Positions 28,871 through 37,076 are shown, numbered from the stretch's first letter. The stretch is 64,000 bases of DNA from Candidatus Binatia bacterium (GCA_036004365.1 DASYRN010000045.1:7637-71636); one strand, 5' to 3'. A program made the numbers and translations. The notes: a model not told the origin generated them from the sequence alone.

Positions 28871-29686
28871 ATGGCGGCAACAAACCGCACCCGGAGAATT
28901 AAGGGAGTGGTTCGGGTCTGCGGGCTGTTCTTCCTGTACGATCTACTTGCTGTTTCCCCCGGTTTTTCCTGGCATGACAAAGGCCATCGCGTTGTGGCGA
29001 TCATCGCCCAGGCGAATCTCACCCCGGAGGCCAAAAAACGGATTCAGGAGATAGTACCTTCAGGCACCACTCTCGCCGACGCAGCCGTCTGGCCGGACTA
29101 CGAAGGGAGAAAAGTGGGAGATTTGGATCCGCTCCACTACGTCAGTATTTCCGACGGCGCCAACGGCTACGATCAAGCGCGTGACTGTCCGGAGAAAAAC
29201 TGTATGGTTGAAGCACTCAAGTGGTTTTCATCGAACATCGCCGACGAGAATGCCCCGACCGTCATGAGACGAATCGCTCTGCGGTATGTCGCGCATCTGG
29301 TCGGTGACCTGCACCAGCCGCTGCATGCGGGCAGGGCAACGGATCGAGGCGGCACGGATATCACGGTGACGTATAGAAGACAGACGACCAACCTGCACTT
29401 CTTTTGGGATAAAGACTTAGTGGAGATGGAAGAAGGAAACGCAGAGGAGGTAGCTGAGCGGCTTGGGGCGAGCCTTACTGAAGAGGAACGTCTTAAATGG
29501 CGGGCGGGCGACCCGAAACAATGGACTGATGAGTCGCTCGTGCTTGCAAGATCCTATGCGTACCCTATAGGGGGATCCTTTGAGCTTTCTGACGACTACG
29601 TAGAAAGGGCCCGACCGATTGTGCGAGTAAGGCTTGTTCAGGCTGGGATAAGATTAGCATGGTTGCTGAACATGGCTTTCAAATAG
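28871..29686 (+). CDS. secreted S1/P1-family nuclease
   Basis: WHDKGH N-terminus after the signal peptide; HYV..D...; HLVGDLHQPLH zinc-ligand motif; GAGGAAG Shine-Dalgarno sequence. Confidence 0.8.
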   Translation: MAATNRTRRIKGVVRVCGLFFLYDLLAVSPGFSWHDKGHRVVAIIAQANLTPEAKKRIQEIVPSGTTLADAAVWPDYEGRKVGDLDPLHYVSISDGANGYDQARDCPEKNCMVEALKWFSSNIADENAPTVMRRIALRYVAHLVGDLHQPLHAGRATDRGGTDITVTYRRQTTNLHFFWDKDLVEMEEGNAEEVAERLGASLTEEERLKWRAGDPKQWTDESLVLARSYAYPIGGSFELSDDYVERARPIVRVRLVQAGIRLAWLLNMAFK

Positions 29687-29693
29687 GATTGTT

Positions 29694-30071
29694 ATGAAAC
29701 CGCACCTTGTGTCAGGGCTAGGGCTCTTGCTAGGGGTTCTTGCCGCAAAGAGCGCACCCGCCGCGATGTATTGCGGCGACACACTGATAGACAAAGGGAT
29801 GACGAAGCTGGACGTCATCTCAAAGTGTGGCCAGCCTGATTTACGGGAAGTGACCTCGCTAGTTTTCCAGGTAAGGGAGGTCTGGCACTATAACTGCGGC
29901 GAGGGCAGGCTGAACAGGAGCCTTGTCTTTGAGGGCGAGACGCTTGTATCGGTCCAGGAAAGCAAAGTTACGGCAGCGGCCCGGAGAAGTGCAAATAAAA
30001 CGGAACTAATAGCAAGGAAGCACGAGGCAGCGATACGCTTCATTCCCGGCCGGGATCGAGCTCAATGCTGA
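29694..30071 (+). CDS. DUF2845-like small secreted protein
   Basis: Signal peptide then MYCGDTLIDKGMTKLDV..KCGQPD...VW.Y pattern. Confidence 0.5.
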   Translation: MKPHLVSGLGLLLGVLAAKSAPAAMYCGDTLIDKGMTKLDVISKCGQPDLREVTSLVFQVREVWHYNCGEGRLNRSLVFEGETLVSVQESKVTAAARRSANKTELIARKHEAAIRFIPGRDRAQC

Positions 30072-30321
30072 TGAGCTCGTAGCGTTCCGAAGAATACTCT
30101 CCCCGTTGTCTCAGGCTTTCTCGACGTTGGCGGTCGAGCACGGCGTGGTCCTGGTGTATCCGCTGCTGTTGTTCGTCCTGCCTCTGTTCTCGAACCTGGA
30201 GAAGTTCACCGACGGGAGCACCAGCCCCTCGCTCAAGGCTACTACAACCGATAGGAGTCATTAGAAGAGTTACCGCAATCAACTCTATAGAGAGGTTCTT
30301 CGCGTAACCAAACCGAATCAT
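30040..30321 (-). CDS. small Q/R-rich lipoprotein (putative)
   Basis: LLMTPIGCSS lipobox-like signal; convergent 32-nt overlap with the preceding gene lowers confidence. Confidence 0.35.
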   Translation of the reverse strand: MIRFGYAKNLSIELIAVTLLMTPIGCSSLERGAGAPVGELLQVREQRQDEQQQRIHQDHAVLDRQRRESLRQRGEYSSERYELISIELDPGRE

Positions 30322-30676
30322 AATCCTCCTCCTCGAGATTTTGGTGCAAGGGCTTTTGCCCGAGACAGCTGACGCGATGCAAGCGATATACCAAGGGCCA
30401 GAATAATTAAACCGTGGATTGTTAAAGGGATTGGAAGTTCGGCTCTTCTGACACGGTCCCTAATTGTTATGGAAAGGCCTAAATTGTACCGTCAAGTAAC
30501 TTGATCGTTGTCTAAGAGGAATGGGATCCTCGTCTTGATCTTGGATTCTTGAGCCAGGTCACCCGGTCTGCCATGTGTATCTTGGCGATCCAAGAAAGGG
30601 ACGAGGCAAGAGGTGATAGGCGATAGTTTTTAGTCGCTCTCGCAACTATTGTATATTATAACATGGCTCTCGCGTT

Positions 30677-30690
30677 TTGAGAATTCAAAA
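30677..30690. promoter_or_regulatory. degenerate F4 copy 3 (TTGAGAATTCAAAA)
   Basis: CGCGTTTTGAGAATTCAAAAATGTAAAAAC; left half intact, right half mutated. Confidence 0.3.
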
Positions 30691-30746
30691 ATGTAAAAAC
30701 GAGTTAATGATGGAATCTTGCCCTATACGATTGTAACATTGGATAG

Positions 30747-30893
30747 GACCGAATTGCCGGCTTGATGACTTCCTATGGATACGCGAATATTCTCCACGCC
30801 GGTTTCTGCGCCTTGGAGCTTCTTGAATGGGAAGTCGATCAGGTTTTGGGCGTTGGGCCTTTCACGTCCGCCGAATTGCGCGCCGATCGTTAG
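30747..30893 (+). pseudogene. 3' remnant of a YciI-like gene (decayed paralog of 35809..36117)
   Basis: Translates to DRIAGLMTSYGYANILHAGFCALELLEWEVDQVLGVGPFTSAELRADR*; the full gene ends ERIAGSDPYTKAGFCAFELFEWEVHQVLGVGPFTSAELRAHR*. The last ~50 nt are about 94% identical. Confidence 0.55.
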
Positions 30894-30941
30894 CAGTTGG
30901 AGATTCACATCTTCGGCGGAAGATTTGAGAAGGAGGTATCC

Positions 30942-31031
30942 ATGTTGGCCATTCTTCCCCCGCTGATAATGATTCTTCTCGTAGCTCTTATTTTCTATCT
31001 TGCCTGGTGGGACGCTAACAGACGTAAGTAG
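30942..31031 (+). CDS. 29-aa hydrophobic single-TM peptide (MLAILPPLIMILLVALIFYLAWWDANRRK)
   Basis: Strong AAGGAGGT Shine-Dalgarno sequence 6 nt before the ATG; the same context as the hup (HU) gene; not in the >=60-aa ORF track. Confidence 0.45.
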   Translation: MLAILPPLIMILLVALIFYLAWWDANRRK

Positions 31032-31155
31032 AAGTAAAAAGGCGTTGGGACAGCCATTGTGCGTCGGGCAATTCAATCGGAGCTAACGTTGAGGACGCAA
31101 AGCAGCACAAAGTGGCCGAGTTTATCACCGAAGGTAAGACAAGAAAGGAGAATCT

Positions 31156-31605
31156 ATGCCGAGAGTGACTTCGTTGGGTCATGTAGGCCTTTACGTGGGC
31201 GACATTGAGCGTTCCAAGGCATTTTATCGGGATATCCTTGGCCTGAAGGTGAGCGACGAGAGTCCCAACAGGGGCGCAGTATTCATGACGGCCAAAGACC
31301 GGCTGGAAGAGCACCACGAGCTCCTGCTCATGCCGGGCCGAGAGGATGGCAAAGTCGTCCAGCAAGTTTCTTTCCGCTGTGCCAGCCTCGCCGATATCAA
31401 AGACTTTTACCGAGTTTTTTTGCAGAACAAAATCCCCATCAACCGCATCGTAAGCCACGGCAATGCTATAGGGATCTATTTTCAAGATCCCGACGGAAAC
31501 CAGATCGAAGTTTACTGGCCCACCGGCATCGACTGGCCCCAGCCCTTTGGGAAGCCGGTCGACCTGGCCGTAACCGACGAGGAGATCCTTGCGCAGCTGA
31601 CGTAG
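31156..31605 (+). CDS. VOC-family (glyoxalase / extradiol dioxygenase fold) protein
   Basis: HVGLYVGDIERSKAFYRDILGL; AAGGAG Shine-Dalgarno sequence; the antisense ORF 31015..31485 is judged a shadow. Confidence 0.8.
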   Translation: MPRVTSLGHVGLYVGDIERSKAFYRDILGLKVSDESPNRGAVFMTAKDRLEEHHELLLMPGREDGKVVQQVSFRCASLADIKDFYRVFLQNKIPINRIVSHGNAIGIYFQDPDGNQIEVYWPTGIDWPQPFGKPVDLAVTDEEILAQLT

Positions 31606-31636
31606 CCTGTAAGGCGGGCCTTAAAAAGTAAAAGCA

Positions 31637-32164
31637 ATGTCGAAACGACTGATTTTCCTCCCATGGATGTTGTCTCTACTTCTGCTACCGGCCTGCATCC
31701 ATGGCCTAACGATGCACTCCATGGACGGAGAGACCTTAAGCGGAAAGTATCGTTTCGCGCGCGAAGGCAAAGGATTGATCAAGGTCATCCGATCCGATGG
31801 CGAGGTCTTGACGGGCCATTTTGTGACGGTTGGGCCGAAGGCTTTTGTCGAGAGTTTCAAGAAGGCTTTCGGCAGCGGATCTATCGTTGTCTTCGGTCCC
31901 GATGCCTCCGCTTACGGAAATGCCTTCGGAGGCACCTTTGCAAGTGCGCACGGGACTGCAGGGGCTGCCTATGGCGAGACGTTCAATACCGGCTCCGGTC
32001 AATCCACAACCGTGGTGACCGGGCCGCGTTTTTACTGGACGGCATTCCTTCAGGGCAGTGGAGGAACAACGATGGCATGTTTTTTCATCGGCTCCTCGTA
32101 TACGGGTCACGGATTTGGAAGATGTAAGAGCAACATGGGGAAGGAGTATAGTGTAGAGTTTTAA
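31637..32164 (+). CDS. glycine-rich lipoprotein
   Basis: LLLLPAC lipobox; Gly/Ala/Thr-rich mature region. Confidence 0.55.
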   Translation: MSKRLIFLPWMLSLLLLPACIHGLTMHSMDGETLSGKYRFAREGKGLIKVIRSDGEVLTGHFVTVGPKAFVESFKKAFGSGSIVVFGPDASAYGNAFGGTFASAHGTAGAAYGETFNTGSGQSTTVVTGPRFYWTAFLQGSGGTTMACFFIGSSYTGHGFGRCKSNMGKEYSVEF

Positions 32165-32523
32165 GATCTCTAGTCTTTTTTCAGAGGTCAAAATAAATAG
32201 TAGATGAGCGTGCTCGATCCTGCCATTGTCTCACGTTTGCGTGATTGCGACGAAGAAACAGTGGCCTGTCGGCCCGGATATCTGAGCGGTCGGGGACGGA
32301 TACTCCTCCTGCGTTGTCTCTAACCGAATTTCCGGAGAGTTGTTCATAATTGTCATATTGGACGGTTTCGGTCCACTTACCACGAGCCCTTATTCGACTT
32401 GTGAGCGGGAAATCCTTTTTAAAAACCACATATTGTATTGATAGGCCAAAATAAGGGCCTTTGGCATGAATTATGAATCTTATCCACTATATAGGCCCAT
32501 CTATCTTAAGAGAGCGATCCCTT

Positions 32524-33954
32524 ATGCGAGACGTCGCAATAGCAACCGAGGCAGCATCACTTTCCAAGGAATGTCCTGGATGTGGCGCTCTCCTGGAACT
32601 GACTCTCGAGGCGTGCTGGAAATGCGGCGGAAAAGTCGAACCGGATATTCCCACAGCGCCGTACGAAGAGAAACGACCCTTCAAGCCCTATCTAGACAGA
32701 AGCGCCGACCTTGGAAGAGAGGTCTACGAACGGCTTATCCAAGCCTTTTCAGAAGTGAATCCCCGCGAAAGACCCTGGTGTGGCATAGGGGTTAAAGCTG
32801 ACCTTCTCGCGGTATCACCAAGATCCGTGACAGTCGCGGTGATAAAGGAGCTGAGCGGGGTCAAGAAAGGCCTCGTTCATGTCTCGCAGAATTGGCGGGA
32901 ACCTTGGCAGGTAGAAACCGTCGATAGGGAGAAACATCAGATACGAAGCAATCCTTGCGAGCAGGCGGAGCGGGCGATCAGCGCTGTCAAAAGTAGTCTC
33001 AAGTCTTTTCTCAAGGCCAATGAGCAGGCTGTATTCCCGCGCATAAAGTGTTTAATCGTTTTCCCCGATGGATACGACTTTGAAGGGCCAAAGGATTTTT
33101 CCATGCTCGACCACGACGGGGTGATCACGCTGAGTCTACTAAACTTTCGTGATTTACCGGATGCGATATTACGACCGACGGACCACGAAGGACTGGATTC
33201 CCGGCAGTACAGGAAATGGATTGAAGAACTTCTAAGGAGCAACGATGAGTCCACCCTCGGGACATGGCTTGATCCGGCCTTCGATAAGCCGGAGCCGGAG
33301 CCGCCCAAGAGACAGCTCTGGCGGTTACGTTATCCGCGCCGCCGAAAAGTGCCGGCAAAGGAAGAGGAACTCTCTTGGTCAAATAGTCCGCGAAAGAGAT
33401 CGGTCCAGGCGAAATTGAAGGGGACTCGACTCAAATTTACCGTGACGGTTATCACGGGTATGCTCGTTGGAATGGTCGGATGGCAAATGTATAGTGTTGG
33501 GGAACATACCGCGCCGCCTCCACGCGCGGAAACTACCCCTGAAGTCACTCAAGCGGTGCCACCCCAAGATGTCCCGTTGTCAACGGAACTCGAGAAGGAG
33601 GAGATATTGCCTCCGCCGCAGCCAGTAGAATCCCGCGAACCGCAGGCGCCTATAGCGCCGAAAGAGGATCAACCCATCAAAGGCGCGAATAAATCTGAGG
33701 TCACCCGCACTCAGGCTCCTGGCGATTTAGAGCTCAAGCGGCAGAAGGTGGAACTCAAGATCCATGATGCTATTCTCCGTCGCGCGATCACCGGTGTGAC
33801 GGTTTACTTCGCCGGGGACACGGCTTACCTCCGCGGCCAGGTCGAGACCGAAAACCAAAAATCTGCTGCCGAAAAGGCCGCGAGGAGCGTCCCGGGGGTT
33901 AAGGAAATCCGCAATTCAATTGAGGTCAATCCCCCATCCCCTGCGGATGGCTAG
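32524..33954 (+). CDS. zinc-ribbon - NERD (nuclease-related domain) - transmembrane - Pro-rich linker - BON domain protein
   Basis: CPGCG...CWKCGG ribbon; NERD pattern DLLAVSPRSVTVAVIKEL...NP.EQ...I; TM segment LKFTVTVITGMLVGMVGW; C-terminal VYFAGDTAYLRGQVETENQKSAAEKAARSVPGVKEIRNSIEV BON. Confidence 0.7.
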   Translation: MRDVAIATEAASLSKECPGCGALLELTLEACWKCGGKVEPDIPTAPYEEKRPFKPYLDRSADLGREVYERLIQAFSEVNPRERPWCGIGVKADLLAVSPRSVTVAVIKELSGVKKGLVHVSQNWREPWQVETVDREKHQIRSNPCEQAERAISAVKSSLKSFLKANEQAVFPRIKCLIVFPDGYDFEGPKDFSMLDHDGVITLSLLNFRDLPDAILRPTDHEGLDSRQYRKWIEELLRSNDESTLGTWLDPAFDKPEPEPPKRQLWRLRYPRRRKVPAKEEELSWSNSPRKRSVQAKLKGTRLKFTVTVITGMLVGMVGWQMYSVGEHTAPPPRAETTPEVTQAVPPQDVPLSTELEKEEILPPPQPVESREPQAPIAPKEDQPIKGANKSEVTRTQAPGDLELKRQKVELKIHDAILRRAITGVTVYFAGDTAYLRGQVETENQKSAAEKAARSVPGVKEIRNSIEVNPPSPADG

Positions 33955-34030
33955 CCTGATGACGGCCAGATAACACTTCGCTTTTCCTTCAGATCAAAGT
34001 AAAGAGCAGCGAGCGTCCGCTGACTGTCCC

Positions 34031-34486
34031 TCAAGTTTGATTACTAATGAACTGAAATATCTTTGCAGCGGCGTCAGCGCCGGTCGTCGTTGTCGTGTCG
34101 ATTCTTATAGTCGGATTGTTCGGCGGCTCCATTCGATGGAACATGATGTGGAGTGCTTTTTCGGATATATTCGGCTGCCGTTCTCGATTGCGCCGAAGAG
34201 CGACCTCTAAGGGGCAATCAAGAAAAACGGTTACAACTCTCTCCGCTTGTGCCCGCGCTTTGACCTGGCACCGCCATTCCTTTTTGTAAAACGTGGCGTC
34301 AAAAATTAGGAAATCCGTTCTCCTCCGATCGGGCGCCAGCGCATTGAAAAACTTCCGGTAGACCGGCGGTCTTAGCCTGTCGGAACTCAAGATCTGAACG
34401 CTGCCTAATTCAGCGAGGCGCTCGGCCAGCTTTTCTGCTATCGTACTCTTACCCGATCCGGGAATGCCGCAAAAGAGAATAATCAA
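34031..34486 (-). CDS. small P-loop kinase of the AAA_33 / polynucleotide-kinase-like family
   Basis: Walker A GIPGSGKST at residues 7-15; downstream SSDRLR and ALRRNRERQ resemble the T4 Pnk kinase lid (LVKRNSKRG); TTG start; 151 aa. Confidence 0.7.
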   Translation of the reverse strand: MIILFCGIPGSGKSTIAEKLAERLAELGSVQILSSDRLRPPVYRKFFNALAPDRRRTDFLIFDATFYKKEWRCQVKARAQAERVVTVFLDCPLEVALRRNRERQPNISEKALHIMFHRMEPPNNPTIRIDTTTTTGADAAAKIFQFISNQT

Positions 34487-34514
34487 TAAGATATGTTCGT
34501 GACGCCGCGCTGGG

Positions 34515-34772
34515 CTATCGGCGGGGTCGGGCGAGCCTCATCGCTTGCTCAATGGTGGGAATGATCTCGGGGCAACATTGCCTGGCGATTTCGAGAATGA
34601 TGCGCGCTTGGTTCTGGTCACAGGGGATCGTGTAGCCTTTAAAAAATACGCCCTCAAACGAATGATCAATTCGCGTGGCCTTGGCAATGGCCTCATAGGC
34701 GGGAGACTCAACGGGAATTCGACTCCGCAGTCGGTCAAAGTGTGGAGGAGCGACCTTAATGAATATCTCCAT
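34515..34772 (-). CDS. hypothetical 85-aa alpha/beta protein, kinase partner
   Basis: Ends 28 nt upstream of the kinase; no recognised family; conserved-looking cysteines CDQ...QCCPE. Confidence 0.5.
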   Translation of the reverse strand: MEIFIKVAPPHFDRLRSRIPVESPAYEAIAKATRIDHSFEGVFFKGYTIPCDQNQARIILEIARQCCPEIIPTIEQAMRLARPRR

Positions 34773-34894
34773 GGCGCCACCTCACCAAAAATACGTTAGG
34801 ATGCTCAATTCAACCTACCAAATAGGGCCGTTATTTCAATGCGGGTCCGTCAACCTTCACCGGTCGAGTTTCCCAAAACCCGCTCGTCAAGGCA

Positions 34895-35350
34895 TCACAC
34901 TCTAGTAGCAAAACGGATCGCATCGATATTAGGTAAGCAAGAGCGGCATTGGGTGACGTGTGCGACGGCGGCGTCCAAATCCCAGCCGCAGCACCAAGAG
35001 AGATACGCGACCGCGACCGTAGGAGATCGGCCAGCGCCGGCGGAGCAATGGAGATAGACTGTATGGCCAGACTCCATGAGCTCGTTTAGCGCGGACACGC
35101 ACGCCGGGAGCTTGTCTTGCAGATCGACTGGGTCCAAGTCGCGCACTGGGACACGACAAGGGTGAATGCGGCAGATTTGGTAGTGGGTTGCCAGCGAATT
35201 CCAATCCAGGCTAAAGTGCTGCATGTCCTCGTCGGTTTGTAGATTGAGCACAGCCGAAATGGCGGCATCGCGCTTTAATATCTCGATGTCACCAGCGCTT
35301 CCTGGGTAGGAACCGACAAAGAGTTTGGAAAGAATCTGATGGTAATCCAT
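34895..35350 (-). CDS. dual-specificity (VHR-like, CX5R) protein phosphatase
   Basis: HCSAGAGRSPTVAVAYL P-loop with catalytic C and R; general acid D upstream; 151 aa. Confidence 0.8.
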   Translation of the reverse strand: MDYHQILSKLFVGSYPGSAGDIEILKRDAAISAVLNLQTDEDMQHFSLDWNSLATHYQICRIHPCRVPVRDLDPVDLQDKLPACVSALNELMESGHTVYLHCSAGAGRSPTVAVAYLSWCCGWDLDAAVAHVTQCRSCLPNIDAIRFATRV

Positions 35351-35444
35351 AGCTTGGGTAGGTCGTAAGGAGTGAGGCGTAAACAGGAGAACCCCTTGCA
35401 CGTTTTACGTTTCACTAGCCATGACTATCATCCTGACGTTACGG

Positions 35445-35666
35445 TCACGGACTCTCTTTGACGGCGAGAAGTGAGGCCAGCGGGCACAACACTTTGTATT
35501 CGGCTTTGCCTGTTTTTTCTTTCCAGCTGGCGGCGCCTGGAGCTCCGTCAATGAATTCGTAAGCATCCACGCCGAATGTGCTTTTACCGTCAATCAGCAG
35601 GACTTCGTGCCATCCGTCGGCAAGCAGCACATAACGCACTTTCTCTACATTGAGCTTCAGAGCCAT
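35445..35666 (-). CDS. hypothetical 73-aa beta-rich protein, first gene of the phosphatase/kinase operon
   Basis: AAGGAGG Shine-Dalgarno sequence; family not recognised. Confidence 0.55.
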   Translation of the reverse strand: MALKLNVEKVRYVLLADGWHEVLLIDGKSTFGVDAYEFIDGAPGAASWKEKTGKAEYKVLCPLASLLAVKESP

Positions 35667-35808
35667 GTTTTGCCTCCTTTCCTCAGGATCCGAACGTTGC
35701 GTTCGAGGTTCCTTGTCGTGATATTTTATCAGGATTCAAGGCTCGCTCCAGGGGTAGGCCCGCTAAGGGGTAAAGGATGCAATAAACTATAAAAGCTAGG
35801 AGGACAGC

Positions 35809-36117
35809 ATGTGGTATCTGATCCATCGTAAGCCCATACGACCGCGTGAGGAATGGACCGTGAGTCTCGACGAGCATCTTGTCTGGATGAAACAGCAGCA
35901 CGAGGCCGGCCGGATCCTTTTTTCCGGCCCGACCCGGGATCGCACGTTGGGGATTTACGCGATACGCGCCGGCTCCAGGGAAGAAGCCGAGCGGATCGCC
36001 GGCAGCGATCCTTACACGAAGGCCGGTTTCTGCGCTTTCGAGCTTTTTGAGTGGGAGGTGCACCAAGTTTTGGGCGTCGGGCCTTTCACGTCCGCCGAAT
36101 TGCGCGCCCATCGCTAG
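35809..36117 (+). CDS. YciI-like (dimeric alpha/beta barrel) protein
   Basis: 102 aa; YLI..K...R.E... HL.W pattern of the YciI family; AGGAGG Shine-Dalgarno sequence. Confidence 0.75.
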   Translation: MWYLIHRKPIRPREEWTVSLDEHLVWMKQQHEAGRILFSGPTRDRTLGIYAIRAGSREEAERIAGSDPYTKAGFCAFELFEWEVHQVLGVGPFTSAELRAHR

Positions 36118-36153
36118 CGGTCTACAAGGAGCTCAGAAGAGCACTTTCACCGT

Positions 36154-36167
36154 TTGAGAATTCTCAA
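36154..36167. promoter_or_regulatory. perfect palindrome TTGAGAATTCTCAA (F4 copy 4)
   Basis: CACCGTTTGAGAATTCTCAAGAGTCAAAAGG, about 37 nt after the YciI-like stop and between convergent genes. Confidence 0.4.
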
Positions 36168-36200
36168 GAGTCAAAAGGATTTGGGAACAAGAAAAGGACT

Positions 36201-36938
36201 TTAAGAAGGGTTCTTTCTTGTGGGAGGAACGATTCTAGCCTGTTCGATGGCGGGTTTGGCCGCTTCCTTATGAGGGCGAGCTAGCTGGTCTGGAGCGTCG
36301 GTCGTTTTAGGCTGACCTTCTATTGTTTGTCTTAGAATTTCCTCTTGCAGCGAACCTTTATTGTTCCCAGCTACGGGCTTTCCCGTCTCAATGTCGTCAT
36401 TGATGAAAACTGCGGCTGCAAAGACAGTCGTCCAGAGCCCATCTTTATTGCCAACGGCAGACTGAGTGATATTGGTAGTACGGACGATCTTGCCGGACAT
36501 CTTGAAAAGTTGCTCGCGCTCGTCCCAATCCAATTCAGGATCAAATTCAATCCCCAGGGTAGTCGCGAGCATGCTGGCGGCGAGGTCTTCCGCATATTCT
36601 CCCGCTCGTTCATCGGTTTCTCCAAACGAATGATGCTCGGAAAGATAACCGTGCATGGAAGAATCCGCGGGGATCGCCAAGCCGATAGAAGCTGCGATGA
36701 GACGATTTGGCTCGTTGTTACTTTCTCGATCATAAACGGCAAATACAATCTCTCCGGGCCGTAAGAGCTTTAATCCTTCCTCCTTGGAGATAATCTTGCA
36801 GGCTGGGGGATAGATGCTGGAGACGAGAACCAAATTGCAGTGGGCCAAGCCGGCAACCCGCAGCGCCATCTCAAAGGAGGCCAACCGTTCCTTATGAACG
36901 CCGACTCCTTTGGTGAAAAAAACTTTCTTAGGAACCAT
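36201..36938 (-). CDS. pdaD: pyruvoyl-dependent arginine decarboxylase (PdaD) with ~70-aa low-complexity C-terminal extension
   Basis: [42 protein letters not shown] matches the PdaD N-terminus including the self-cleavage serine region. Confidence 0.7.
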   Translation of the reverse strand: MVPKKVFFTKGVGVHKERLASFEMALRVAGLAHCNLVLVSSIYPPACKIISKEEGLKLLRPGEIVFAVYDRESNNEPNRLIAASIGLAIPADSSMHGYLSEHHSFGETDERAGEYAEDLAASMLATTLGIEFDPELDWDEREQLFKMSGKIVRTTNITQSAVGNKDGLWTTVFAAAVFINDDIETGKPVAGNNKGSLQEEILRQTIEGQPKTTDAPDQLARPHKEAAKPAIEQARIVPPTRKNPS

Positions 36939-37076
36939 ATGTGGCTGCATTTTAACATGACGAAAATGAGCTGACAAGAAAATTTCTTATCCTGAGATTA
37001 TTTTTATTGACATTCGCTTGCTCATGATCTAGAGGCTTAACAAGATCACCAAAACAAGTTGGAGGAGGTATCCACG

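Noticed and set aside
30775-30966. 63-aa plus ORF from the track
   Set aside because: It is the wrong frame of the YciI-like remnant and runs across the strong-RBS start of the 29-aa peptide. The alternative-frame interpretation (remnant + small peptide) is better supported.
31015-31485. 156-aa minus ORF
   Set aside because: Antisense shadow of the VOC-family gene 31156..31605, which has glyoxalase motifs and an AAGGAG Shine-Dalgarno sequence.
32181-32429. 82-aa minus ORF (GTG start) upstream of the NERD gene
   Set aside because: No RBS, non-ATG start and unremarkable composition. Overlaps an AT-rich promoter-like spacer.
36345-36764. 139-aa plus ORF and 125-aa minus ORF inside pdaD
   Set aside because: Shadow ORFs; the PdaD reading frame has a diagnostic N-terminal motif.
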